Origin: Acidimicrobiia bacterium
GTDB lineage: Bacteria; Actinomycetota; Acidimicrobiia; Spongiisociales; SHLN01
NCBI GenBank assembly: GCA_041619515.1
Contig: JBFKDW010000010.1
Coordinates: 1 to 49,915 of the forward strand
DNA: 49,915 nt
Direction of reading: 5' to 3'
Position numbers and translations under genes: made by a program. A model generated the notes under the pieces. The model did no database searches. It saw only the letters and a list, made by a program, of their open reading frames with translations, and had not been told where the DNA came from. Every line of letters begins with the position of its first letter. Within the stretch, counting starts at the first letter, position 1. Below are positions 1-9,214 of the stretch, piece by piece.

Positions 1-51
1 CCCGACGTGGTCGGGCCCTTCAAGGGCGGGCCGGGCACGCGGGGCTGGTAG
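1..51 (+). CDS. 3' end of an unidentified CDS truncated by the window edge (...PDVVGPFKGGPGTRGW*)
   Basis: Frame 1 is open from base 1 to TAG at 49-51 with GC-rich third positions; hairpins and a convergent gene follow. Confidence 0.5.
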   Translation, partial: PDVVGPFKGGPGTRGW

Positions 52-54
52 CTG

Positions 55-118
55 GGAACGCTCCGCGTTCCTGGCGAGTTGCTTCGCAACTCGGGGGAAC
101 GGGAACCCTTCGGGATCC
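55..118. terminator. Three short tandem hairpins between convergent genes (terminator or REP-like element)
   Basis: GGAACGC-tcc-GCGTTCC (55-71); CGAGTTGC-ttc-GCAACTCG (75-93); imperfect stem with a cTTCGg loop (102-118). Confidence 0.45.
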
Positions 119-145
119 TGGGAACGCTTGGCAACTCCCGGGCAC

Positions 146-916
146 TCAGCCGGCCAGTGTGCCGCCGAACACCTGCCAGGCGAGAGCCGACTTGGCGGTC
201 AGGCTCAGCACGATGTAGACCTTCTCGCCGTAGAGGTAATCGGCCCAGCGCCCCACCTTGCGGTACTGGAGCACCATGTTCACCGCGAAGCTGTTGAAGA
301 AGATGAACAGCGTGACGAAGATCACGTACACGAAGGTTGGGGCCGCGCCGTCGCTCCCGGGGCTGAGCAGGTAGAGCCCGATGACGATCCAGGGAACGGC
401 TCCGGCCAGCACCCCGAACCAGTACGACATCCAGTTGGGGCGTCCGGGAGTCTCGTAGTGCTCCATGAGCAAGCCGAACAGGATCATCGCCGCGTTGACG
501 CCGAAGATGGCGGCGAGGGCGGCGACGTCGCTGATGCCGGGAAGCAGGGCGATCAGCACCACCATGAGCGATGAGCTGAGGGCGTACTCGACCCAGCGGG
601 CGTAGTTGCGGTCCTTGAGCAGATTGGCCCGGTACCAGCCGAAAACACTCGGTGAGGCGATGATGAAGTGAGCCGCCGCCGACAACAGCAGGAAGGCGGC
701 TACTCCCCAGGCGATGCGGATCTCGAACAGCGTGCGAAGCTCGGGAGGGTTGACGCCCGGAGCGTCACTGAGGAACGTGGCGGTGACGGGGAGGGCGAAA
801 TCGTTTGCCAGCACCAGCACCAGCACTGCCTGGACGGCGTGCAGCGCACCCATTGCCAGGTTCCACACCCTGAGGTTGCGAAACCTGCTCTCCTGGTCCA
901 TGGTTGCAGTCGTCAC
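146..916 (-). CDS. heR: Heliorhodopsin
   Basis: Seven hydrophobic segments; TM1 LHAVQ, TM2 His (AHF), TM3 RWVEYALSS with counterion Glu, TM7 GEKVYIVLSLTAK with the retinal Lys in the SLxAK motif; basic N-terminus (RFRNLR). Start is GTG 916 or ATG 902. Confidence 0.96.
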   Translation of the reverse strand: MTTATMDQESRFRNLRVWNLAMGALHAVQAVLVLVLANDFALPVTATFLSDAPGVNPPELRTLFEIRIAWGVAAFLLLSAAAHFIIASPSVFGWYRANLLKDRNYARWVEYALSSSLMVVLIALLPGISDVAALAAIFGVNAAMILFGLLMEHYETPGRPNWMSYWFGVLAGAVPWIVIGLYLLSPGSDGAAPTFVYVIFVTLFIFFNSFAVNMVLQYRKVGRWADYLYGEKVYIVLSLTAKSALAWQVFGGTLAG

Positions 917-984
917 GAAGGCTCTACGCTACCGACCCGGCACGTGGATGACGGTCCTCGAGCGGCATCGAGTAGCTTCGCATC

Positions 985-1506
985 ATGACCACCGACCCGA
1001 TCCAGCGTGTTCGGCCCCTGGCCGAAGCCGAGTGGGATCCGATGCTCGACGCAATCCGCCGCCGGCTGAACCCGATCCTCAATGTGCACCGTGTCCAGGC
1101 ACATCATCCGGCCTTGTTCTCAGCCTGGGGACCGCTCCGCGACCACATCGCCGCCGGAGGGACGCTGCCGGGGCGGTTGCGAGAGCTGGTCATCCTGCGC
1201 ATCGCTCACCGGGCCGAGTCAGACTACGAATGGCATCAGCACGTGATCCGGGCTCGCCGGGAAGGCCTCAGCGACGAGGAGATCGAAGCCGTGCGAGACG
1301 GCACCGGTGAGTGGGAGGCTCGCGAGGAGACCCTGCTCACTGGCACGGATGAGCTGTTCGACGAACGATCGTTGAGCGATCCGACCTGGGCGGCCCTGAC
1401 TTCGCATTTCACGACCGAGCAGATATTCGACCTGATCTTCACCGTCGGTGTCTACCTGACGGTTGCCATGCTCATCGCCGCCACCGGAGCCCAGCTCGAG
1501 CCCTAG
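985..1506 (+). CDS. Carboxymuconolactone decarboxylase (CMD/AhpD-like) family protein
   Basis: LPGRLRELVILRIA...YEWHQH motif, GLSDEEIEAV, LSDPTWAAL...FTTEQIFDL; TAGCTT 6 nt before the ATG. Confidence 0.88.
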   Translation: MTTDPIQRVRPLAEAEWDPMLDAIRRRLNPILNVHRVQAHHPALFSAWGPLRDHIAAGGTLPGRLRELVILRIAHRAESDYEWHQHVIRARREGLSDEEIEAVRDGTGEWEAREETLLTGTDELFDERSLSDPTWAALTSHFTTEQIFDLIFTVGVYLTVAMLIAATGAQLEP

Positions 1507-1528
1507 CGGGGGGCGCGTGCCTCGAGGC

Positions 1529-2209
1529 TCAGGCGGCCTGCGGGAGCGGGTGGTCCTTCTGGGCGCCTCCGTCCGGGCAGGAGGTGGGGGGAGAATCGGT
1601 GAGCGTGAAGCGGGGCAGCAGGTAGTGGACGATCGGCCCGATGGTCAGCGCCGATGCAACCGTTCCGATCCCGACGGTTCCGCCCAACAGCCATCCGGTG
1701 CCGAGCACCGCCACATCGATGAGTATCCGCACCCGCCGCAGCGACCGGCCGTGCCGGGCCAGCCCGGTCATCAGCCCATCGCGAGGTCCCGGTCCCAGCC
1801 CCGCACCGATGTACATGCTGACGGCGATCCCGTTGATGACGAGGGCGGCGGCCAGTACTCCGACTCGCAGCTCGAGGCCCGCCGGGTGGGGCAAGATCGC
1901 CAGGGTGGCATCGATCACCAATCCGACGACGATGACATCCGACACAGTTCCGAGTCCGGGCCTCTGGCGGAGCGGAATCCACAGCGCCAGCACCGCCAGG
2001 CTGGAGATGATCACCACCGTGCCGATGCTGAGCCCCGTTCTCTCGGAGATCCCCTGATGCAGGACATCCCATGGATTGAGACCGAGGTCCGCCACCATAA
2101 ACAAGGCGAACCCGACACCGGCGAGCACCAACCCGCTGTAGAGCAGCACGAGACGGTGGATGCGGGTGCGCGAAGTCACCGGCCGGCGAACGGGGGAGCC
2201 CACGGTCAC
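1529..2209 (-). CDS. YczE/YyaS/YitT family membrane protein
   Basis: ADLGLNPWDVLHQG, RPGLGTV, AGLGPGPRDGLMTGL, GGTVGIGT motifs. Start placed at the GTG overlapping the upstream TGA (GTGA); GTG 2179 is also possible. Confidence 0.88.
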   Translation of the reverse strand: MTVGSPVRRPVTSRTRIHRLVLLYSGLVLAGVGFALFMVADLGLNPWDVLHQGISERTGLSIGTVVIISSLAVLALWIPLRQRPGLGTVSDVIVVGLVIDATLAILPHPAGLELRVGVLAAALVINGIAVSMYIGAGLGPGPRDGLMTGLARHGRSLRRVRILIDVAVLGTGWLLGGTVGIGTVASALTIGPIVHYLLPRFTLTDSPPTSCPDGGAQKDHPLPQAA

Positions 2210-2838
2210 GAGCCGACCAGGGAGAGGTGGTTGGCCGGGTCGTCCGAGCAATTGTGCTGCGGCCTCGCCTCGGCCGCCGTCACCAGCCGGACCCATTCGC
2301 CGAGCGAACCGACCAGGGCCGCCACCCGATCACGAGTCTTGTCGTCGACCAGCCGCCCGGACGCGTCGAACAGCGATTCGGCATCGCGCAGGTAGAGGTT
2401 CGGCTGCGGGAGCACCAGCGCCTGCGAGGACACGAGCATCTGGCGAAGCATCGTCTGTGCCAGCCGAGTTCCCCAGGGGCCGGTGGTGACCCCGGTCACC
2501 GCCACCGGGCGCCCTTCGAGGCTCTCGCCTGCTTCGCCGAGCGAGAGCCAGTCGATCATGTTCTTGACCACGCCGGGCACCGCCTGGTTGTACTCGGGTG
2601 TGGCGATGAGCACACCGTCGGATTGCGCCAGTTCGTCGCGCAGCCGGGCGACCCCGGACGGAGTCGTGGCGTCCGCCACGTCTTCGTTGAACAGCGGCAC
2701 CTCACCCAATGCCTCGTACACCGACATCGACATCCAGCCGGGGGTGAGCTCGGCCGCCGCATACAGCAGGGACTTGTTGTACGAGTGTCGCCTCAGGCTG
2801 CCTGGAATGGCCAGTATGCGGATGTTCGGTGATGTCAC
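2206..2838 (-). CDS. NAD(P)H-dependent FMN reductase (ChrR/SsuE-like flavodoxin fold)
   Basis: GSLRRHSYN and ATPEYNQAVPGVVKNMIDWLS motifs; GAAAGGA RBS before GTG 2838. Confidence 0.92.
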   Translation of the reverse strand: MTSPNIRILAIPGSLRRHSYNKSLLYAAAELTPGWMSMSVYEALGEVPLFNEDVADATTPSGVARLRDELAQSDGVLIATPEYNQAVPGVVKNMIDWLSLGEAGESLEGRPVAVTGVTTGPWGTRLAQTMLRQMLVSSQALVLPQPNLYLRDAESLFDASGRLVDDKTRDRVAALVGSLGEWVRLVTAAEARPQHNCSDDPANHLSLVGS

Positions 2839-2880
2839 GGTGATTCCTTTCCTCGGTGTCCGGGAGATGGTCTCTGCTAT

Positions 2881-2937
2881 GTACATGACGTATCATATAG
2901 ATAAGTACATGACATGTCAACCATATTCGGCTACAAT
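2881..2937. promoter_or_regulatory. Back-to-back sigma70-type promoters overlapping a probable MarR operator
   Basis: Minus strand: TTGACA(2920-2915)-17-TATGAT(2897-2892). Plus strand: ATGACA(2909-2914)-17-TACAAT(2932-2937), 7 nt before the marR ATG. Palindrome TGACATGTCA at 2910-2919; GTACATGAC repeated at 2881 and 2905. Confidence 0.8.
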
Positions 2938-2944
2938 CTCCAGC

Positions 2945-3418
2945 ATGACATCGCGGTGGCTGGATGAGACCGAAGACCGGGCCTGGCGCGGCTATCGGCG
3001 GATGTTCACGCTGCTCGAGTCGCGCCTCACCCGCGACCTGGCAGAAGATTCGGAGCTCTCGATGGCCGATTACACCGTGCTATCCAACCTGGCGGAAGCG
3101 AAGGACCGCCGGTGGCGCGTCAAGCCCCTCGCCGAGCGCATGCAGTGGTCACAGAGCCGGCTATCCCATCAGATCCGCCGGATGGAGAGCCGGGGGCTCG
3201 TGGCCCGCGAGCAGGTCGAAGATGACGGCCGCGGCGCAGCCGTCGCGCTCACCACGCACGGGTTGAAGACGATCGCGGCGGCGACGCCCGGGCACATGGC
3301 TGCCGTGCGAAAGCACATGATCGACCTGCTCGATCCGCACCAGCTCGCCACCCTGGGCGACATTGCCGAGGTGGTCGTGGGACACCTCGCCGATGACGAG
3401 ACCCCGATCGGCGGCTGA
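2945..3418 (+). CDS. MarR family transcriptional regulator
   Basis: WLDETEDRAWRGY, LSMADYTVL, wHTH SQSRLSHQIRRMESRGLV, DDGRG wing; leaderless start at ATG 2945. Confidence 0.93.
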   Translation: MTSRWLDETEDRAWRGYRRMFTLLESRLTRDLAEDSELSMADYTVLSNLAEAKDRRWRVKPLAERMQWSQSRLSHQIRRMESRGLVAREQVEDDGRGAAVALTTHGLKTIAAATPGHMAAVRKHMIDLLDPHQLATLGDIAEVVVGHLADDETPIGG

Positions 3419-3430
3419 TCCGGCCCGAGC

Positions 3431-4282
3431 TCAGCCTTCCACCGGGCTGAACCGGGCCTCCGCAGTCATTGCCCGCCTCCCGTCGTGCGACCACGCGACG
3501 AGCGACGCCGTGCGATCGGCTCCCGGCTCTCCTGACAGGGTGAACGGGTCGCGGGCAAACAGTGGAGATCTGGCTCGGAAGGAGAAGGCCTCGAGGGGTC
3601 CAGGCCCCTCGCGTCGTGCCAGATCGGCGAGCAACACTGCGGTCATGGGACCGTGGACGACGATGTCCGGGTAGCCCTCGACCGCGGTCGCGTACGGGTG
3701 GTCGTAATGGATGCGGTGACTGTTGAAGGTGAGGGCCGAGAATCGAAACAGCATGACCGGGTCGGGGACGATGGTGCGGGCCCAGGCAGCCAGAGGGACG
3801 GGGTCGGTGCCGGGGGAAGGTGACTCCGGCCCTTCCGGTGGTTCCCGATAGACGAGGTCCTGCTCCTCGGAGATACACAGGCCCTCACCGCCTGTGATCT
3901 CGTAGCGGATCGTGACGAAGACGAGGCGGCCGCTCCTGCCTTGCTTCTCCTCGATCCCCATCACCGTTCCCTTGCGGAAGGCCGTCTCACCGATGCGGAG
4001 GGGGCCGTGGAAGGTGAACCTTCCCCCTGCGAACATGCGGCGCGGAAGGTCCACCGGCGGGAGAAACCCGCCGAGGCGGGCGTGTCCCTCGGGTCCGAGG
4101 TTCGAGTGCGGCACCGTCGGGAGGAAGAAGAGCCAGTGCCACAGCGGCGGGAGCGTGTCCCCCTGGCGGGGGAGCGGGTCGGGCAGGTCCAAGGTCGCCT
4201 GGAGGGCTCGAACCGGCCAGGCGCTGATCAGATCCTCAGTTTCCTCGGCCCGGCCGATCCAGGCTCGCAGATCCTCACGCAT
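3431..4282 (-). CDS. meh: MaoC/hot-dog dehydratase of the mesaconyl-C4-CoA hydratase / itaconyl-CoA hydratase type
   Basis: LPPLWHWLFF, GPEGH..LGGFLPPVDLPRRMFAGG, LFRFSALTFNSHRIHYD..YA...EGY..IVVHGP; overlaps the 3' end of mct. Confidence 0.85.
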   Translation of the reverse strand: MREDLRAWIGRAEETEDLISAWPVRALQATLDLPDPLPRQGDTLPPLWHWLFFLPTVPHSNLGPEGHARLGGFLPPVDLPRRMFAGGRFTFHGPLRIGETAFRKGTVMGIEEKQGRSGRLVFVTIRYEITGGEGLCISEEQDLVYREPPEGPESPSPGTDPVPLAAWARTIVPDPVMLFRFSALTFNSHRIHYDHPYATAVEGYPDIVVHGPMTAVLLADLARREGPGPLEAFSFRARSPLFARDPFTLSGEPGADRTASLVAWSHDGRRAMTAEARFSPVEG

Positions 4283-5483
4283 GGGCCGCCACCTTGCGAT
4301 CGAACAGCCCCCCGACCTCACGTGCCCCGAGCCCGAGCACTCCGGCGAGAACCTCCTCGGTGTGCTCACCGAGGAGGGGGGCGGGCCGCGGCGGCTCCCG
4401 CTCGGGCCCGAGATCGATCGGCAAGCCCGGCGTGAGCAGTGCCCCGATCCCGGGCTGATCAATCTCCTCCAGCATCGGGTTGTCGGACGAAGCCCGTGGG
4501 TCGGAGGAGAGCAGCTCTTGCACCGTCTGGTATGGGCCCCACAGGACGCGGTTGGCGTCGAACCGCTCCTTCACCTCCTCGTACGAAGTGTCGGCAAACC
4601 AGCTCTCGAGCACGGCGGCGATCTCTTCCCTGGCTGCGAACAGGTCCCCGTCGCTCTCGAGTGGGTGCCCGAGACGGGCCTCCAGCTCGGCAACCTCGGT
4701 TGCCGTTGATGTCGCCTCCACGAGCCCCCGGAACTGGCGGGGAGTGATCGCCGCCACCATCACCCTCCGTCCGTTCGAGGTCACGAAATCGCGGCCGAAT
4801 GCTCCGTACAGGTAGTTGCCGAAGCGCGGACGGTCGAAGCCGTTGACGGTAGCTTCGCCGATCTGGCCGAGATGGCCGAGTACCGACACGGCGACGTCGG
4901 TCAGGGCGACCCGGAGCAACCGTCCCCGGCCGGTCCGGGTTCGCTCCCGCTCGGCCGCCAGGAGCCCGGTCACCGCCATCATGCCGGTGATGAGGTCCCA
5001 GGCGGGGAGCACCGAGTTCACCGCCCCTTCGTGGTCGATGGGGCCGGTGATGAGCGGATATCCGACCGCAGCGTTCACCGTGTAGTCGACTGCGGTTGTG
5101 CCGTCGGGGTTTCCGAGGATGCGGCACATGATGAGGTCGGGTCGAAGACTGCGCAGTCCTTCGAAGTCGCTCCATCCCCCCGGGGGGTAGTTGGTCAGGA
5201 AGATGCCGCCGTCGGGACCCGGGGCGGCGATGAGGGAGCGGGCGAGCTCCCTCCCCTCGTCGGATCTGAGGTCGAGTGCGACCGAACGCTTGCCCTTGTT
5301 GAGGCCGGCCCAATAGAGGCTGTGCCCGTCGGCCGTGACCGGCCAGCGGCGGTAGTCGAGGCCGCCACCGATCGGATCGATCCTGATGACATCCGCGCCG
5401 AGCTGAGCGAGCGTCATTCCGCCGAGGGGCCCGGCCACGAACGCAGCACCCTCCACTACACGCATCCCGGCCAACAATCCCAT
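4275..5483 (-). CDS. mct: Mesaconyl-CoA C1-C4 CoA transferase (2-methylfumaryl-CoA isomerase), family III
   Basis: VVEGAAFVAGPLGGMTLAQLGADVIRIDPIGGGLDYRRWP, SLYWAGLNKGKRS, AVDYTVN, VLPAWD and GNYLYGAFGRDF are typical of Mct rather than generic CaiB/BaiF. Confidence 0.88.
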   Translation of the reverse strand: MGLLAGMRVVEGAAFVAGPLGGMTLAQLGADVIRIDPIGGGLDYRRWPVTADGHSLYWAGLNKGKRSVALDLRSDEGRELARSLIAAPGPDGGIFLTNYPPGGWSDFEGLRSLRPDLIMCRILGNPDGTTAVDYTVNAAVGYPLITGPIDHEGAVNSVLPAWDLITGMMAVTGLLAAERERTRTGRGRLLRVALTDVAVSVLGHLGQIGEATVNGFDRPRFGNYLYGAFGRDFVTSNGRRVMVAAITPRQFRGLVEATSTATEVAELEARLGHPLESDGDLFAAREEIAAVLESWFADTSYEEVKERFDANRVLWGPYQTVQELLSSDPRASSDNPMLEEIDQPGIGALLTPGLPIDLGPEREPPRPAPLLGEHTEEVLAGVLGLGAREVGGLFDRKVAAHA

Positions 5484-5551
5484 CCGTTTGCCTCTCGACC
5501 CGGCGAGTGTAGGTGCTAGAAAGGCGAGGCACCCTCGACCCGGGATCCGCC

Positions 5552-6415
5552 ATGAGTGCTCGCAGTTTCCTTTTCGTGCCGGGCGATCGTGCCGACATGC
5601 TCGCAGGCGCCCGGACGCGTGGGGCCGATGCGATCATCGCCGACCTCGAGGATGCGGTGGCCCCGGCCCAGAAGGGGGTGGCGCGGGAGACGGTATCGGC
5701 TTGGCTCCGGGGCCTCGAGGCACCCGGCCTCGAGGCCTGGGTACGCATCAACCCGGTGCCGGCCGAGAGTGACCTCGCGATCGCCGATCCGGCCAGAATC
5801 ACGGGGCTCATGGTCCCGAAGGTTCGTGCCGCTGAGGAGCTGCTCGAGCTTTCCGGAAGCCTCGACCGCATCGAAACCGCGGCCGGTGTGGCGGCGGGAA
5901 CGATTCGGCTCCTCCCGATTGTCGAGACCCCGCAGGCACTGCGGGCACTGGATTCAATCGCCGGCGTGTCCCGGGTCTGCCAGCTGATGATCGGCGAGCT
6001 CGACCTCGGTGCCGAGCTCGGTGTCGATCCCGCCGACGCCGACGCGTTCGTTCCGCTGCGGATGGAGGTGGTCGTGGCCTCGGCGGCGGCCGGGATCGAG
6101 CCGCCGCTCGGGCCGGTGTCGCCCAACTACCGCAATCTCGACGACTTCGCCGCCGACACCCGGCGTCTGGCCCGGATGGGGTTCGGGAGCAGGCCGGCGA
6201 TCCATCCTGCGCAGGTTCCGATCATCAACGAAGCGTTCACGCCGTCCCCCGAAGCCGTTGAGCGGGCGCAGCGCCTGGTGGCGCGGTATGAGGCCGCCCA
6301 CGCAGCCGGGAAGGGGGCGATAACCGATGAGGACGGCCAGATGGTCGATGAGGCGGTGGTACGGGTGGCCCGCCGGCTGCTCCGGACCGCCCGGCGCGGC
6401 GGGCTCGTGCCCTGA
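5552..6415 (+). CDS. CitE/HpcH family CoA-ester lyase (probable citramalyl-CoA lyase)
   Basis: RSFLFVPGD, DLEDAV, WVRIN, PIVETP, AIHPAQV..INEAFTPS and GQMVD motifs. Substrate inferred from context. Confidence 0.88.
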   Translation: MSARSFLFVPGDRADMLAGARTRGADAIIADLEDAVAPAQKGVARETVSAWLRGLEAPGLEAWVRINPVPAESDLAIADPARITGLMVPKVRAAEELLELSGSLDRIETAAGVAAGTIRLLPIVETPQALRALDSIAGVSRVCQLMIGELDLGAELGVDPADADAFVPLRMEVVVASAAAGIEPPLGPVSPNYRNLDDFAADTRRLARMGFGSRPAIHPAQVPIINEAFTPSPEAVERAQRLVARYEAAHAAGKGAITDEDGQMVDEAVVRVARRLLRTARRGGLVP

Positions 6416-8007
6416 TGGACCAAGCTCGGGCGGCAGTGGAACAAATGCGGACGGCGCTGGCGGGCCGGACCCGTGCGCTCGCCGAGCGCTGCATGGTGGA
6501 TGGCCGCGTGTCGATCGAGCGTCTCGACGCCCACCAGGAGGCGGCCTACCACCTCGCATTCCTGGCGGCCGAGACGGCGGCGGCAGGCTTCGTCGTCGAA
6601 TACGGCGAAAACGGTGATACCGAGCGGCTGCTGGCGCGGGTGGCTCTGGCCGATCTCGCCCGGTCCGCCCGGGCACGGCTCGACGGACGGCCGGGCGACG
6701 CCGACCTCAGGGGCGGTGCTCTCGACGCCGTCATCGCGGCCGGCTCGGAGCCGTCGATCCTCGATGAGCTCGCCGGCTTGCTTCCGGATGTAGGGACCGG
6801 GCCTCGGCACCTGCCGGAGGACATCGCCCTGCTGGCCGACACGTTCCGTCGTTTCGCCTCCGAGCAGGTGGTCCCGCGGGCGGACGCGGTTCATCGCCGC
6901 AACCAGGATGTGCCCGAACCGGTGATCTCGGGCATGGCGGCGATGGGGGCGTTCGGAATGTCGATCCCGGCAAGGTACGGAGGCTTTCGCCCACCCGGGG
7001 ATAGCGGGACTCTTCCAATGGTGGTCGCCACCGAGGAGCTTTCTCGTGGATCGCTCATGGCCGGCTCGCTGCTGACGCGACCGGAGATCCTGGTGGCCGC
7101 GCTGCTCGAGAGTGGGACCGAGGCCCAGAAGCGGCGGTGGCTCCCGGCCATCGCCTCCGGCGAGCGCATGGTGGCCGTTGCCGTCACCGAGCCCGATTTC
7201 GGCTCCGACGTGGCGGGTCTCACGACCAGAGCCCACAGCAACAGCGACGGGTACGGGCTGTCGGGCACCAAGATGTGGGCGACCTTCGCCGGCCGGGCGG
7301 AACTGCTCATGGTGCTGGCCCGCACCGATCCCGACCGATCTTCGGGCGCCCGGGGCCTCTCCCTGTTCGTGGTCGAGAAGCCCGCGTTCGCGGGCCACGA
7401 GTTCGAGATGGCGCAAGCGGGCGGCGGCCGCCTGAGCGGTCGGGCCATAGACACGATCGGGTATCGGGGTCTGCATTCGTTCGAGGTCACCTTCGAGGAT
7501 TGGCAGGTTCCGGCCGACGCGCTCATCGGAGGGGAATCGGGCGCCGGTCGCGGCTTCTATGTCCAGATGGGAGCCTTTGCGGCCGGTCGGCTCCAGACCG
7601 CGGCCCGGGCCCTCGGAGTAATGGAGGCTGCGTTTTCCGAAGGCCTCGGGTACGCAGCGGGCAGGATGGTCTTTGGGCGGCCACTGTTTTCCTACCCGCT
7701 CGTGCGGGCAACTCTGGCCCGGATGGCGGCCCGGATCCAGGCGGGGCGCATGCTCACCTATCAAGCCGCAGCCGTTCTCGACCGGCCGGAGGGACAAAGC
7801 CTGGCCGCCGTTGCCAAGGCGCTCACCTCCCGCGCAGCGGAAGAAGTCACCCGCGACGCCATGCAGCTGCACGGCGGCTACGGCTACGCCGAGGAGTACC
7901 CGATCAGCCGCCTCTTCCTCGACGCCCGGGTGCTCACGATCTTCGAGGGGACCGAGGAGATCCTGGCAATCCGTGTGATCGCCCGCCAGCTCTTGAGCCG
8001 GGCCTAG
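6415..8007 (+). CDS. mcd: Long acyl-CoA dehydrogenase, (2S)-methylsuccinyl-CoA dehydrogenase-like
   Basis: 530 aa with N-terminal extension; GSLLTRPEI, VTEPDFGSD, IDTIGYRG, RLQTAARA, HGGYGYAEEYPISR, IFEG; adjacent to mct and meh. Confidence 0.75.
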   Translation: MDQARAAVEQMRTALAGRTRALAERCMVDGRVSIERLDAHQEAAYHLAFLAAETAAAGFVVEYGENGDTERLLARVALADLARSARARLDGRPGDADLRGGALDAVIAAGSEPSILDELAGLLPDVGTGPRHLPEDIALLADTFRRFASEQVVPRADAVHRRNQDVPEPVISGMAAMGAFGMSIPARYGGFRPPGDSGTLPMVVATEELSRGSLMAGSLLTRPEILVAALLESGTEAQKRRWLPAIASGERMVAVAVTEPDFGSDVAGLTTRAHSNSDGYGLSGTKMWATFAGRAELLMVLARTDPDRSSGARGLSLFVVEKPAFAGHEFEMAQAGGGRLSGRAIDTIGYRGLHSFEVTFEDWQVPADALIGGESGAGRGFYVQMGAFAAGRLQTAARALGVMEAAFSEGLGYAAGRMVFGRPLFSYPLVRATLARMAARIQAGRMLTYQAAAVLDRPEGQSLAAVAKALTSRAAEEVTRDAMQLHGGYGYAEEYPISRLFLDARVLTIFEGTEEILAIRVIARQLLSRA

Positions 8008-8053
8008 GCGCCGAGCCGGGCCGGAGTGCCGCCGGTACACTCGCCCGACAGCC

Positions 8054-9214
8054 ATGAACGAGGAACCCCGCTCTCCGGCCCCATACCAGCAGGCATTTCT
8101 CGACTGGATGGCGTGCGCCTATGCAGGCCGGAGCCAGCCTGCAGCAGTGGCGGCCGCCGCCACCGGCGATGGCATCCGCGATCGCGTCGTCACCCTCGCA
8201 ACCGCCGGGCACGTTCTCGATTTCGACGACACGTACGGAGCCGGGCTGAGCCATCTGTCTGCGCCAACCGCCCCGGCCGCTCTCGTGATCGGGGCGGTCT
8301 CGGGTGCGTCTGTCGGACGGGTCCTCGATGCCTTCCAGGCCGGTTTCGAGGCAATGGGGGCGGTCGCGAGAGCAAGCCACCCCGCGCTGTACGAGCGGGG
8401 CTGGCATCCCACGGCAGTGACCGGCACCATCGGTGCCGCCACGGCCGCCTCCACCTTGCTCGGCCTCGATCGGAGCCGGGCCGACGTCGCCCGTCGGCTG
8501 GCAATCCTGGGAGCGGGCGGCCTGCGGGCCGCCTTCGGCACCGACGGCAAAGCACTTCAGGTGGGGATGGCCGCCGGACAGGGAGCAGCAGCCGCCATGC
8601 TGGCCCGGGCGGGAGCGACCGCCGGGGGCTCGATCGAGGCCGCCTTCGAGGAGGCCTATGGAGGGCGCTGGGCCGAGCCGGATGCGATCCGGGCCATCAA
8701 CGACAACTGGATCAAAGCGTTCCCGTGCTGCCTCCAAACCCACAGCGCCATCGAGGCCGCCGAGCAGGCGGCGAAAATCGGGGCCGGCGCTTCCGGAACG
8801 GGAACGGTCACGGTGCATCGCCGCTCCCGTCAGGCCGCCCCGCTCGACGACCCGACCACCGGCCTGGAAGCGAAGTTCTCGATCCCCTATACCGTGGCCT
8901 TCACGCTGCTCTACGGCCCTCCGACTGTGCAGAGCTTTGGTGGAGTGGATGCGGCCGCTCGAGAGCTTGCCTCTCGAATCGACGTGGCCATCGACGACGA
9001 CCTCGAGCAGTCCGAGGCGATGCTGACCTGGGCGGCCGGTGCCTCACCGATCGAGGTCCGGGTGGAGGCGGCCCGGGGGTCGCCCCAGCATCCGATGACC
9101 GATGAGCAACTGGCGGCCAAGATCAGGTCGCTGGCGGGATCCCGCCTCGATGGAGCCCTGGACGACCCCGGACGTCCTGCGGTCGAGGTCCTCGAATTGC
9201 TGGTGCACGAGTGA
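8054..9214 (+). CDS. MmgE/PrpD family protein
   Basis: GHVLDFDDT, SHLSAP, YERGWHPT, IKAFPCCLQTH, AKFSIPY, RGSPQHPMT motifs; compact at 386 aa. Confidence 0.9.
   Translation: MNEEPRSPAPYQQAFLDWMACAYAGRSQPAAVAAAATGDGIRDRVVTLATAGHVLDFDDTYGAGLSHLSAPTAPAALVIGAVSGASVGRVLDAFQAGFEAMGAVARASHPALYERGWHPTAVTGTIGAATAASTLLGLDRSRADVARRLAILGAGGLRAAFGTDGKALQVGMAAGQGAAAAMLARAGATAGGSIEAAFEEAYGGRWAEPDAIRAINDNWIKAFPCCLQTHSAIEAAEQAAKIGAGASGTGTVTVHRRSRQAAPLDDPTTGLEAKFSIPYTVAFTLLYGPPTVQSFGGVDAAARELASRIDVAIDDDLEQSEAMLTWAAGASPIEVRVEAARGSPQHPMTDEQLAAKIRSLAGSRLDGALDDPGRPAVEVLELLVHE

Noticed and set aside
146..916. Proton-pumping type-1 rhodopsin (actinorhodopsin or proteorhodopsin)
   Set aside because: It has SLTAK and RWVEY rather than DxxxK and RYxDW, so it is a heliorhodopsin.
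3431..8007. Autotrophic 3-hydroxypropionate bi-cycle
   Set aside because: Only mct, meh and a lyase are present; no malonyl-CoA reductase or propionyl-CoA synthase in the window, and the context is catabolic.
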